64,000 bases of DNA from Phyllobates terribilis (GCF_046119375.1 NW_027362765.1:16430001-16494000), one strand, 5' to 3'; positions 36,938-50,227 are shown, counted from the first letter of the stretch. Notes: generated from the sequence alone by a model not told the origin. Program-made: numbers and translations.

Positions 36938-38352
36938 CTGTATTTTTCGGACTATAAGAAACTTTTTTCCTCCAAAATTTTGGAGGAAATTGGGGGGGGT
37001 GCGTCTTATAGTCCGAATATACTGTTGTTGTACTGTTGCTGTGGATGGTGGGGGGAGCGGCAGAGGAGACAGCAGCTGCCTGCTGTAGCCCGCTGCTAAA
37101 AAAAATGAATATTCACTCTTCCTCATGCCCATGGGTGTGTGGAACACTGAATATTCATTCTCCTTAAAAGCGGGCGCACAGCTGCAGCGGCTTGGCAGTC
37201 ATGTGAGCCCGCTATTAAAGGGCATAAATATTCATTACTCCCCACTCCCATGGGCGTGGAGAGTAGTGAATATTCATGTTCTTTAATAGCGCCACAGCAT
37301 GAGCAGCAGCTGCGGCTACAGTATGCACCCACTATTAAGGAGAATGAAGTCACTACTCCCCACACCTATAGTCCTAGCGTGGGGAGCAGTGACTATTCCG
37401 GCAGCTCATCTCACCGTGTAAGGGCACATGGCAGTGACGTCATGCGCTGCCCACAAAGTGAGATCATCTGCTGGCAGCAGAACAGGATGCAGCGCTGGAG
37501 CAGAGTGAAGGAAGGTAAGTAGAATCCTTTATTTCTGTGCAGCGTGATGGGGATGGAGGTGCCATACATATCAGGATGAGGGGTGCCATGCATACCAGGA
37601 TGAGGGGTGCCATGCATACCAGGATGAGGGATGTGGGGTGCCATGCATACCAGGATGGGGGATGTGGGGTGCCATGCATACCAGGATGGGGATGAGGGGT
37701 GCCATGCATACCAGGATGGGGCTGGAGGCTAGGCATACCAGGATGGGGATGAGGGGTGCCATGCATTCCAAGATGGGGATGGTGGTGCCAAGCATACAAG
37801 GATGAGGAATGAAGGGTGCCATTCATACAAGGATGAGGGGTGCCATACATACCAGGATGGGGGGTGCCATGCATACCATGATGGGGATGAGGGGTGCCAT
37901 GCATACCAGGATGGAGGATGGGCGTGCCATGCATACCAGGATGGGGATTGGGATGCCATGCATACCAAGATGGGGATCAGGGGTGCCATGCATACCAGGA
38001 TGAGGGGTGCCATGCATACCAGGATGAGGGGTGCCATGCATACCAGGATTGGGGATGAGGATGCCATGTTTACCAGGATGGGGATGAGGGGTGCCATGCA
38101 TACCAGGATGGGGATGAGGGGTGCCATGCATACCAGCATGGGGATGGGGGGGCCATGTTTAACAAGAAGGGGGAACCATATATACCAGGATGAGGAATAT
38201 TAACAGAATTGGGGACATTACCCCTATAACAGTGTCAGCAGCAGACCCCCTCCCCCAATGCATCATGACCACATTTTTTGCTTTCTATTTTCCTCCTCTA
38301 AAACCTAGCTGCATCTTATGGTCCGGCGTGTCTTATAGTCTGAAAAATATGG
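36938..38352. mobile_element. Tc2/pogo-like MITE with internal 23-29 bp minisatellite (about 37540-38190)
   Basis: TIR C(T/C)GTATTTTTCGGACTATAAG with TA TSD at 36936 and 38353. Confidence 0.85.
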
Positions 38353-38769
38353 TAATCGTAAAAGGAAAACTCTTTGATATCATAGAAACAATAGCCAACA
38401 AAAATTTTCATTGTCAGACATGAATTCAGGAGGTCAAAATCATAAAGAAATGGCTCATTTCATAACTGAACCTGACAACTTTTGAGCTCGTCGGGTGGAA
38501 GGTTCTTCAGCTGCTCACTCAGGACATACAGCTTCTGTGCAGTTCCCTGTAGCTTCCTCTCCTGCTCTGTACCAATCAGTTAGATAAGTGTGGGGCTGGA
38601 GGATAGAGAGCAGTTCTCAGGAAGATCAGTGATCAGGAAGGAAACTGTCTCATTGTTCTCATCTGTCACTGGAAGCAGCCTCCAGTATAAGACGCGCACA
38701 CTTACTAGCAAGATTTTTTTCTTGCTAAAAGTGTGTATTTCCAAGTAAAATATTTCCCACGTTAAGAAT

Positions 38770-39950
38770 TTAAAAAAGCTTCTCTCCTGTGTGACTGCTC
38801 TGGTGACTAAGCAGAGATGATTTCTTCACAAAACATTTTCCACATTCTGAACAGGAAAAAGGTTTTTGCCTTGTGTGACTTGTCTGATGTCTATCAAAAT
38901 GCGTTTTCTGGTTAAAACATTTCCCACATTCTGAACAGGAAAAAGGCTTCTTCCCTGTGTGGGTTTTCTGGTGCTGAACAAAATATGATTTCTGCTTAAA
39001 AGATTTTCCACATTCTGAACATGAAAAAGGCTTCTCCCCCGAGTGAATTCTCTGGTGCTTAACAAAATATGATTTCTGGTTAAAACATTTCCCACATTCT
39101 GAACATCTAAAAGGCTTCTCCCCTGTGTGAGTTCTCTGGTGCTTAACAAAATTTGATTTCTGGTTAAAACATTTCCCACATTCTGAACATGAAAAAGGCC
39201 TCTCCCCTGTGTGAGTTCTTTGATGTATAACAAGAAACCATTTCTGATTAAAACATTTCCCACATTCTGAACATCTAAAAGGCTTCTCCCCTGTGTGCGT
39301 TTTCTGGTGCTTAACAACATTTGATTTATGTGTAAAACATTTCCCACATTCTGAACATGAAAATGGCTTCTCCCCTGTGTGAGTTCTCTGGTGACTAACC
39401 AGATCAGTTTTCTGGTTAAAACATTTCCCACATTCTGAACATGAAAATGGCTTTTCCCCTGTGTGAGTTCTCTGGTGCCTAACAAAATCTGATTTCTGGT
39501 TAAAACATCTCCCACATTCTGAACAGGAAAATGGCTTCTCCCCTGTGTGAATTCTCTGGTGGTTAACAAGATTTGATTTCTGGTTAAAACATTTCCCACA
39601 CTTGGAACAAGAAAATATATTCTCCGCTGTGTGAAATTTTTGATCTTTAAGAAAAGACTTTTCGAGTGGAAAAGTATCTCCATATTCGGAAAATGAAAAT
39701 GCCTTCTTTGCTCTAGGAGATATTTGTTTTTTAATGCTGATTTCGTGCCTTTGATTTTCCTTAGTAGTCGGTAATGAATCAGAATATGGGACCGGTTTCA
39801 TAGGATCAGATGATAGATCTTTGCTGTGAAGGGATGATAGTATATCTGGAGTAATGGCATTCACTTCAATTGTATCTAGTGGGATCTCATGATTATCTGA
39901 TTTAAAAATTGAAGATGTCAGCTGTCCCTCTACTCTCCTGGTACAGTCAT
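38770..39950 (-). CDS. ZNF terminal exon: spacer, 1 decayed plus 10 intact C2H2 fingers
   Basis: CSECGKCF..H...HTGEKPF repeats; acceptor TTGGCAG at 39951. Confidence 0.97.
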
Positions 39951-42900
39951 CTGCCAAGAATAAAACCAATTATCATTTTTGAATAAAATAAAAAAAAAAA
40001 ATTTTTTTAATGATAACATTTCTAATTAAACAGTCCATAAAAATTAAAAAATATTGAATTATTCACCAAGAAAACCTCATAGGATGAACCAGTAGAAAGT
40101 GGTGTTCAACTGTTTGTTCATTCTGCCTCCCAGATATGGAACAAAAAGGCACCAAACAATGTTATGTAGGTGAAAATAATAACAATAAAAACTTCTACTC
40201 TTCTCACAAAAAACAAGTCCCCACGCAGGTTCTTCATCCGTCAGTGGAAAACAGAGGTTTCCACATTAGAGGCTCATTCTGTTGAAAAGCAACATGGCTT
40301 CCATAAACCAATCCAGCAATATCCGCTCTCCCAAACTCAAATCTCCCCCTCGTTCTGAGCCTTGCAGTGCGCCCAAACCACATTTAGCATCCATGTATTT
40401 GGCATTACTATAGTGAGAAGAACCCAATTAATTTACGGTGTGTGTCTCCTGGAGCACAATCTAGGCACTATGTGTTGTGTAATAAAATGGAAATGTGTAA
40501 TTTTCACTCTCCAACATCCACTGGGTGCTAATTTCTGGAAAGTGTCTGTGGAGTCAAAATAGTCACTACTCCTATAGATTAATTCACTCAGTATATAATG
40601 TCCACAATTGAGTCACTTTATGGGGATTTCTACTGCTCTGGGTTTCTGTCATATTAGGGCTTCTGTAAATGGTGTGTCCCATCTCCTCTGGGATCTGCTC
40701 CTGCGACATCTGCTTCTGTCATCTGGAGCCGCCTTATTCATTCTGCAGGCGCGCTGGTGATGGAGATGTCAGAACCAGAAGCTCCGGGCGGCGCAGGCTC
40801 TGTCAAGCCAGTAAGATTAGGGTGCCTGGAACCTATAGTACCTTCCAGTCTGGCAGTATGGGTGTGTGTTCTGTCCAGCTGGAGTAATCTGCTCCCTGTT
40901 TCAGCCAACTAGAAAACACTGCACTCTAATAAAGCTGGAAGCTGCCAGATCCAGCCTTGTTCTCCTCTGGTTCAGTCCTTTGTGCTCAGCTCTCGGCTTG
41001 TGTATTCGTCTCCTGCTGTGACCCCGGCCCGTTTATTGACTACTCTTGTGTCTTCTGATTTAGTATTTTCTCTGCTCTCCTGGTTCTGACTCAACTACCT
41101 GACTATTCTTCTTGCCATCTCACACCACAGAACAGCAGGTAACACCGTGGCCCAAGCCTAAGGGTCTCTGTGTAAGTCCAGATCTATGTAGAGCAAGTCT
41201 TGGCAATCTGCGGCCCATGGATCACATCCAGCCCTCTGACATTCTCAGCCAGAGGGCCGCAGAAAACCGGAGCTACGATTCTGATTTGCCCCCGTATTTT
41301 CACTGGTGAATGTGGGGCTGCTTAGTAACTTGTTTGCAGAGCTGCTGGCCTCAAACTTCCACAGGAGAGAAGCAGGGACTAAAACTCCCATCTTTGCAGA
41401 TAATGGGCAAGTAATTTCTAAGTGGAGCCCAGATAACACCTAGGAGGCAGCATTGTGTGTCTGCTGATCAGGTTACAGCACCTGTGATGCCTCTTTTCAC
41501 ACTAACTGTGGAATAAAAGCTGGTACTGCGGTTTACCTTCAGGGCGAGCCGCTAATTAGTAGCCACTGTATCTCCCTGGGTCTTCCTGGCAGGTGATGGG
41601 AGATAGGACACTTGGGCTGAGTTTTCCTACTGAATACAGGGTCCAGCACCTCCACTACATGCAGCCATTAGATGGGATATTCTATGTGCTCCCCAAATTG
41701 CTTTTCTGCTTCACCATGTACTCTGCTGCCACCTCACCTTTGTATGTGAAGGTTAACCCTTTCCTCACCCCTTTGCATCTAGCAGGTGAGGTAAGGGATA
41801 GCCCCTCACAGTGCTCCCTCCTGTGATCTGTGGTTTATCACATTCACACCATAGGCTGCAATAAAGATCCCCGCCTTCCTTTCCTGTCACCACCTGCACC
41901 ACATGTGATGTGGATCTATGCTTGTGAAACAGGAGTGGGAGAACAACTTTTTTTCCAATGCTCCCAATTTATTTATTGCCTGATCAACAGCTAATACTTG
42001 TTACAATAACCTTTTTTTGCAACAAATATTTAGGCTATGTTCACACGACTGAGAAAGATCACAAGCACATACTGGTCTCTTCTGTAATTCGGATGATTCT
42101 CGCCTATTGAAGTCAATGGGTGTGCAAAAAAAAAAACCCGAAGGTGAATTTCATACTAAATGTCTATTTAATTCAATAATGTAATCACTTAGTCATTTGA
42201 ACAGATTTTGGTGGAGGATAATATTGTGGTCAAGAGGCAAAATGGTGACCGCACGATTATGATACATCCAGACTATATAACCGATAAAACAGCCACAGCC
42301 TGTGACTGAGAAGAATCTGCGACTTCTGTGCATTTAGTGGCTACTACTCACCTGGGTAGTCATATGTAGGAATCTCCACTTTACACCGCTCATCACCCCT
42401 CACATATGTCTCTGTAGTATTAATATGGGTCAGATCTTCACCCTGAAACAAATATTGTAAAAGTCGCAGACAGATGGAGAAGTCACATCTATGATCAGCT
42501 CTAATCCTGCCATCTCCACCGTTCTCATTACACAAGTATAAAACATATAATACTGGTGGATAAAACAAGACCAAACACAAGACCTTCACAGCCGTCTACA
42601 CATTATAGGGGAGAACCTATGACATGACAATGTCTCTCCATCTACCTGATGATCCTGAGGAACATTGGGATCTTCTTGTTTACAGTCAGGTGGAAGAAAA
42701 GCATGGGGAGATCTCTCTGGTGTTGTCCTTTTACTGGATAGAACTGGAGGAAACACATACAGGGACTGAATTCATTCTTTACGTACAGATAATTATAGGC
42801 CGTGTGTATTTAGTCCCGTCTATTACCTGGTGACGTGAGAAGCTCGGGAACCTCCATCATGACGTCCTTGTACAGATGTTTGTGTCCTTCTAAATACTCC

Positions 42901-43420
42901 CACTCTTCCATGGAGAAATAGACAGCGACATCCTGACACCTTATAGGAACCTGACACATACAATGATAGAGTCATACCACCGATCCCTTCATAGCATTAC
43001 TGTATAATGTCCCAGCATTCTCAGCAGTGTCACCTCTCCAGTCAGCAGCTCAATCATTATATAGGTGAGTTCTAGGATCTTCTGGTCATTGATGTCCTCA
43101 TGTATCAGACGGTGAGGTGGAGGCCCTGTGATTGGGCTCAGGGGTCTTTCCCATCCCTCAGACACAGGGTCCTGACAGCGCTCACTAGAGGTCTTCTTCA
43201 CTACTGTGTAATCCTGGTTATGGAGAGACACATTAATAAATATCACTACAGACATTTCCAGAGTCCTCACCTCTCCAGTTCTGTCTATCTGTTATTCCCA
43301 TAGATAAGAAAGATGTAATGTGACGTCATCAGAATCTCTCACCTCTCCAGTAAGCCGGAAGAGGATCTCTAGGGTGAGGTGTAATATCCTCTCAGCCATC
43401 TTGTCCCTGTCCATATCCAT
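38770..43420 (-). CDS. FAX/KRAB-like C2H2 zinc-finger protein (XlCOF/XlCGF-like), 583 aa, 6 coding exons
   Basis: Exons 43420-43343, 43213-43034, 42950-42827, 42743-42646, 42442-42352, 39950-38770; all GT-AG, phases 0,0,1,0,1 consistent; 1752 nt total, open. Confidence 0.92.
42352..42442 (-). CDS. ZNF coding exon 5 ([10 protein letters not shown]...YDYP)
   Basis: TTTCAG acceptor, GTGAGT donor, 91 nt. Confidence 0.85.
42646..42743 (-). CDS. ZNF coding exon 4 ([10 protein letters not shown]...PQDHQ)
   Basis: CTCCAG acceptor, GTAGAT donor, 98 nt. Confidence 0.85.
42827..42950 (-). CDS. ZNF coding exon 3, KRAB-A-like box ([33 protein letters not shown])
   Basis: DVAVYFS.EEW.YL...LYKDVM motif; 124 nt. 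Confidence 0.9.
43034..43213 (-). CDS. ZNF coding exon 2 (DYTVVKKTS...[16 protein letters not shown])
   Basis: AACCAG acceptor, GTGACA donor, 180 nt; FAX-type box. Confidence 0.88.
43343..43420 (-). CDS. ZNF coding exon 1 ([26 protein letters not shown]); exon extends as UTR to an acceptor at 43493
   Basis: ATG at 43420, GTGAGA donor; upstream ATTCAG acceptor implies a further 5' exon. Confidence 0.85.
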
Positions 43421-44903
43421 CTTTGATGGGTAAATAAGGAAAAATTTCTTATATAGAAGATCTTCACTGAGAGGATCTGATATTGTAGAGACCTGAATGA
43501 GAAGATGAGCCGATGTAACATCATAAAAATCCAATGTAATAATACAATTACTGGAGATAATAATGGGAAACATGGGAGATTTATTATTTTACACTATTTA
43601 GTTTTTTTTATTTACATCTAGCAATAAAACCTATATATTTTAGGCTGCAGACAAGAAGCAGTTTCTTCCTCTGAGTCAGCAACTGAATACGTTTCTCATA
43701 GACTCATCGTCCATAACGTTAATTGTCGTCTCATTTACTGACAATGGAATAGTCATTAGCAATACTGCAGGAGATATTCATTACAAGTGACATGAGAAAT
43801 AACTACTTCATTATGAAGACGACATCCTCATCTTCTATTAAGGCTCTATAATCATATTTGGCCAGAGTCACTTACTACATCACCACCGGCCGTCTAAATG
43901 AATGTTTCCCGTCTTCCCCGGACTATAATCTTCTATAACGTTAGATCTTATGTCTGACTTACACACAGAAGTTTGAGGCATTTCTAAAAGCTTTTTTGTT
44001 TGTACATACACCGCTGACAGAAATGATTTGATACCAAAGTCTCCATGTACAGTGTTTTATGTGGTTTATTTTTGGCCTTAGGCTTTCCTATTTTTCAAGA
44101 AAACACCAGAAAAAGCAGATATTAAAAGGTTTCAAAAGTAAATTGACACCAACAATTCTTGTAAAAAGAAAAAAACATGCAAAAAGCATAAGATTCATTT
44201 TTTTATTTTTTTTAATACGTTAAACATTTATTTAAAAATTAACTCTTTTGAGCACCAGAACATAGATGTACACCGCAGGGATGGCACAGGTGCGGCTGCA
44301 CAAAAACCCTGGCAGTTTAAACACTTGCTGCTGTCAAAAGCAAACATATCATCCAAGAAGGTTTGAGAGAGCTCAGCTGAATGCCCCTCCCCCTCCTCCA
44401 AGTACTCAATAATATGGGGCCGCCTAGTTACTATAATACTTAAATGCCTAATGGTGTCTGGGCCTGCAATATATGAAAGTCTCAAACCAAAAGTAAAGGG
44501 CAGAGTAAAAAAGCCAATATATAGTAGTATAAATCTATAATAATATATAAAGGAGACCCATAGAACCAAGGGATAGGAAACCATGAACAATATTTATTAA
44601 TTTAATTCATATACATCATAGAATTGCAACATAGACATTGGTGAAAGAAGACAGCTAAAAAATTGTCAGGAGATGGAATTAAACCTGCAGAAAGAGACAG
44701 CCCTTTCAATACATGGGTCTCCCCAACAAACTCAGTACACTTCGGTCCTAAAGATTAATATAATCAATAATGCCTCACACCATTAGAATATATCTGTCCA
44801 TTTCATAGATATCACCAAAAGGTAACACCTAAATGCGCCTCTTCGTTAGGAATACTAGTGTGGCATCATCGCCAGGTAATAGCAGTAATGTAGTATACAC
44901 ATA

Positions 44904-46076
44904 CTGTATTTTTCGGACCATAAGACGCACTTTTTTCCCCCTAAATTTGGGAGGAAAATGGGGGGTGCGTCTTATGGTCCAAATGTTACGTGCGGTGGTG
45001 GTGGTGGAGCGGGATCGCAGGGCGGTAGCGGCAGCAGAGGTGAGGCAGAGCAGCTGGGGCTGGGACCTGTGCCTGGCCGGTGTCGGGCTGTGAGCGGCAT
45101 CGGGCGGCGAAGCAGAGTGGCCTGCAAAGCTTTCCGGTGTGCGTGGCCATCTTCCTAGAGCTGTGATCTACAGGAAAATGGCTGCCTGAGCCGGCGCATG
45201 TCCAGAACGGTAGCTCCAGCGGCCATTTTCCTTCGCCGCTCACAGCCGGGCACCAGCCCCAGCCCGGTAAAGGCCCCAGTCTCGGCCCCAGCCAGAGGCC
45301 TCGGCCTCGGCCGCAGGCCCCAGCCTCGGCCTCAGCCGCAGGCCCCGGCATCAGCCACAGGCCCCAGCCTCAGGCCCCGGCATCAGCCACAGGCCCCGGC
45401 ATCGGCCACAGGCCCCGGCCTCGGCCGCAGGCCTCGGCATCAGCCGCAGGCCCCGGCCTCAGCCGCAGGCCCCGGCCTCAGCAGCAGGCCCCGGCCTCAG
45501 CCGCAGGCCCCGGCCTCAGCAGCAGGCCCCGGCATCAGCCACAGGCCCCGGCCTCGGGCCCGGCCTCAGGCCCCGGCATCGGCCTCAGCCACAGGCCCCG
45601 GCATCGGCCTCAGAAGCAGGCCGTGGCATGAGCCGCAGGCCTCGGCATCGGCCGCAGGCCTCGGCATTAGCCGCAGGCCTCGGCATCAGCCGCAGGCCCC
45701 GGCATCAGCCGCAGGCCCCGGCATCAGCCGCAGCCCTCAGCATCAGCCGCAGGCCCCGGCCTCAGCCGCAGGCCTCGGCATCAGCCGCAGGCCCCGGCCT
45801 CAGCCGCAGGCCAAGGCCTCAGCCACAGGCCCCAGCACAGGAACCGGCCAGTCTAAGGTCCCAAGCCAGGCACAGGCTCCACAACATCTCAGCTCTTCTT
45901 CTGCAGCCGCCAGCTTCGTGAGGGACCCTGCCTCCTGTGACCCTCGCTCCACCGCCCCCCAGGTAAGGTACCGTACATATAAAGACTATACGATGGACCC
46001 CCATCTTATAAAAATTATTTTTTTTCTATTTTCCACCCCAAAACTTGGGGTGCGTCTTATAGTCTGAAAAATACGG
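44904..46076. mobile_element. Tc2/pogo-like MITE with internal GC-rich 19-20 bp minisatellite (about 45250-45830)
   Basis: Same TIR as 36938; TA on the left, right TSD altered (AA). Confidence 0.82.
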
Positions 46077-46613
46077 AATATGAATAAATATATATCAAGT
46101 TACCTTGATAGGCACAGTGTAACTTCAGATTAATTGTTATTTCAATTCTGATCACTTACAACTATCAGAGCATCTGGGTATTCATATATGTATCTACTGC
46201 ATAACTGCTATTACCTTGCGATGATGCCGTTTGTTCTTCCAGTAGTTAATCCTCTGCTAGAGGAGTCTGGAGGTGACTCTCATACAGACCACAGGAAAGC
46301 TGGAATATTTGTGTGTATAGGGGAGTCAAGAGAGATAGCCGTCTGCCAAATGACCATTCAGCCAACACTTATCTCATGTGTATGGGGCCGTTAGAATTAC
46401 ATTGACAGGCAGTGATAATACACCGCACTACAGTAGTACAGTGCATCACCTGAGCAATCAGAAGCTTGTATGTTGTACAACTGCACTAATGAGAGTTGTT
46501 TAAAAAAGTTTTAAGAACAAGAAATATCCATCACTATAGGTAAAACAGACTCACTGCACAATGTTAGTTAAGTCACGTCCGTAACAACTTTATTATACTG
46601 TATTATCCTATAC

Positions 46614-47818
46614 CAGTGATGGCGAACCTTTTAGAGACCGAGTGCCCAAACTCCAACCCAAAATCCACTTATTTATAGCAAAGAGCCCAACATGGCAATT
46701 TAACCTGAATGCTGTTGTTTTATTTTAGAAAAAACAACTCATACATTAGCATGTCACTAGAGCACCCGCAATACTCGGTGTATACCCGAGTAGCTGATGC
46801 AAAATCGAGTAGTGAGCACTTGCGCTCAACACTAGTCGTCATATCGCCATCATTTTTTTTTTTTTTTACTTTTGAAAAAATCCAATCCTGACCCCAACAC
46901 ATAACAAAAACACAGCCCTAACCCCAATTGTAAACCTAACACAGCCTAGCCCCAACCGTAACCCTGACACAACCCTATCCTCAACCCTAACACAACCCTA
47001 ATACAACCCTATCCCCAACCCTAACCCTACTATAACACAACCCTAACACAGCCCCAACCCAAACCCTAGTATAACGAAATCCCAACATAGCCCTAGCCCT
47101 AACCCCAACCCTACTATAACGCAACCCCAACACAGTCCTAGCTGTAACCCTAACCCTATGTCCAACCCTATCCTCAAAACACCCCTAACACAACCCTACT
47201 ACAGATGGACGGCCAAGCACCGCAGGTAAGGACTTCCGGCCAGTGGCAGCTGCCGCCAGAACCAATGAAAGCTGATCGGCGGGGGTGCCGGGTGCGGGAC
47301 CCCGGCCGATTATAAGTAGTGGACAACTTTTTTAACGGACTGCTGGGGCGCCACACGGGTACAGGACACAGCGTGCGGGCACAGGTGACGGCGCTGGCTC
47401 ATTAGACTGGTGGCAGTGCTTGTGCTGAACCGATTGGGTGCGTGACCACAGGGAGGGCTCTGCATGCCACCCTCCGGCACGCGTATCATAGGTTCGCCAC
47501 AGCTGACCTAGGGGAAACAGTGTGGAAAAACATAGTTCAAAATTGTGTACTGCTATTTATTTCTAAGATTAGTTATACCTAATGTTTACCCTGGGACCTT
47601 CAAATTTGACTAGCTGTCCTAGTCAAGTGGCGTGCAGGCTGATGGGGAGGCTCATGGGTATAAGAGACGTCACGGCACAGGACACAGCGCAGTCGCAGGT
47701 GATGGAAGTAGCTCAGGAGGCTGGCGGCAGTGCTTGTGCTGATCCTATGGCTCGCGTGCCAACAGGGAGGGCTCTGCGTGCCACCTGTGGCATGCGTGCC
47801 ATAGGTTCGCCACCGCTG
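46614..47818. mobile_element. Non-autonomous hAT element with degenerate (CCCTAA)-like tract (46950-47205)
   Basis: TIR CAGTGATGGCGAACCT / AGGTTCGCCACCGCTG; 8-bp TSD TCCTATAC. Confidence 0.9.
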
Positions 47819-48444
47819 TCCTATACACATCCTATACACAGTGGCGTAGATAGAAATCACAGGTCTCACAGCAATAGCTGTAATTGGGCCCAGCAATCTC
47901 AAAAGGGAAAAATATATATATATATTTGGTGGAGTCATATCCCACAACTCTGTAGACCGCATGCTGCTGTTGTACTTGGCAGGCCCGGACCAGATGGAAT
48001 GGAGATAAATAAGGGAGACCAAAGTCAAAAAATAAACTTTTCTTTACTTAAAAGAACTTGATGAGAAGGATATACATCAAATAGCGGGCACAACACTTGG
48101 TAAATGCTTTGGCATTATGCATAGTCAGGAACACAACATTTTTTTTTTACAAGCTACAACAGTCCAGCAAACCATTCTGGGAAGGCCCATCATCCCCTAT
48201 GGAGACCACTAGATGTATCGCTATGGCACCTCAGAGCAACTCACAGCTCTCAGTTTATTATTGAGGACCTCACTGGCTGAGGTTACGACTCCTCACTAGT
48301 ACTCTCAAAGTCCATTCAATGAAGGTTACACACTCCTTGCTGTGGCTCTGCATCTTTAGCTCTCCGTAGGAGAACTGGTGTCCCAGTTTGGCGACACTGT
48401 GGCTTCTTCTCTAGTATAGACAATAGTTTGCATAAATCCTGGTC

Positions 48445-49053
48445 TTAGCGATGCAGCAGCGATCCCGACAACGATACGACCTGTCAGGGATCGTTGCTGC
48501 ATCGCTAATACATCGCTGGTGAGCTGTCAAACAGGCAGGCTCACCAGCGATCAGGGGAGCAGCGATATCGTGGAAAGAATCGTTCCATGATGTCCTGCTC
48601 CCGTTACCAGCCTGCTGCAAGCAGGAGCAGGCTGGTAACTATGGTAAACATCGGGTTACTAAGTGCGCGTGTGCCCCTAGTAACCCGCTGTTTACCATGG
48701 ATACCACTCTGCTACGGTGCGCGGGAGCCTCCGCGCACCGTAGCAGAGTGGTATCCATGGTTTACAGCGGGTTACTAAGTGCGCGCGTGCCCCTAGTAAC
48801 CCGATGTTTACCATAGTTACCAGCCAGATCGTTGGTCCCGCTGGTCACACACAGCGATGTGTGCTGGCCAGCGGGAGGCCAACGACCAAAAAATGGTCCA
48901 GGACACTTTGCAGCGATCAGCGACCTCACAGCAGGGGCCTGATCGTTGCAAAGTGTCACACATAGCGACATCGCTGGTGAGGTCGCTGGTGAGTCACCAA
49001 AACCGTGACACAGCAGCGATCTCGCTAGCGATATCGCTATGTGAGACGGGGGC
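48445..49053. mobile_element. Palindrome-rich Harbinger-like MITE, left end missing
   Basis: Right end GTGAGACGGGGGC|TTA; nested inverted repeats, including a 30-bp perfect stem near 48696-48761. Confidence 0.6.
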
Positions 49054-50227
49054 TTAAGACAAGGAATCCTTCCTTAACTTAATCCCCTATAATTAGGCCT
49101 CCTGGCCTGATCTAAGGACCTCACTCTGCTCTTTGTCTCCACTATGCTCCCTGCATGGAATATGGATTCCCACTGCTATTCTATCTTTGCTTTCCCTAAG
49201 AACGTACTATCTGATGTCTCCCTCCTGGCACACAACACCATATCAATTCAAGTCTGCAACCAGATAGACTAAAAGTCTGTATTTCTCACTTACTTATTCA
49301 CATTTTACTCATCACCAGGAAATTGTTGTCCTGTGTGCCCATGTATCTCAGTACGAGGGCTCCCACACAGTATGATGGTCCCCATAGCACCTCACACAGT
49401 ATTATGGCCTGCTACACTAAATGAACAAAATGAGGACCCTTACTCAGTATAGAGGCCCTTACAGTCCACCACGGCCCCACACTCATGGCCCCCACCATCC
49501 GCCCACTCAGTATGGTGGCCCCCACAGCCCTTGAAATAATATGATGCTCTCACAAGTCCTTATATAAAAAAAAAAAAGAAACACTCCTGAGGTGTGCTGC
49601 TCCGATGCCTGTGCAGTGTGTGTACTGAGGCTCCATACTACATATCTGATCTAGTGACATCATTGTGCCTGCAGTGCAAGAAGTCTCGGACTCACAGGCG
49701 AAGGCTGAATTGTGAATTAGTGAGCTTTCGAATCCCTGATTCACTATTCTATTCAATTGTATCACCATCATGGGAATGTGGATATCACTGAAATTGTTAT
49801 GATGGGGAAGGAGAAGGTGCCCAATCCCGAGCTGCACCGAGCCCTCTCAATTCACGAACATTATAGCGGCCATGTGGGCTGCCACTATGGATGCTACGCC
49901 CCTGCCTATCCAACTAGTGTGTGCTAAATATATCGTAGGTCCTGGGTTTTTAGTATATGCACGAAAAATGGGGCTAAGTGAGTATTTATTATTTGCCGTC
50001 AGGTAGCCGGTGGGGCGGATTGTACCATATTGTGTATAGGGGGCAGTACTGTGGGAAAAAAAACCCTAAAGTAAAATCTTAAATGTTTATTAAATATATG
50101 CATTAAAGACTGGACTAACAACATATATACTTAAAGCTAGCAAAATTACAAGCCCAATGGCTTTTTGTGAATGTATATAAACAGATGTAAACAATGATGC
50201 TGCTGAATAACTGATACAGTCACTACC

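Noticed and set aside
37411-38203. His/Pro/Gly repeat ORFs
   Set aside because: Minisatellite translations on both strands.
40000-42340. Additional ZNF exons or a nested gene in the last intron
   Set aside because: Existing exons already join in frame; the intron holds only fragmentary piggyBac-like, LTR-like and Harbinger-like pieces without boundaries I can support.
45198-46067. 289-aa Pro/Ala-rich ORF
   Set aside because: Minisatellite within a Tc2-like MITE.
46950-47205. True telomere or chromosome-fusion site
   Set aside because: Repeats are degenerate, single-orientation and enclosed by hAT TIRs and a TSD.
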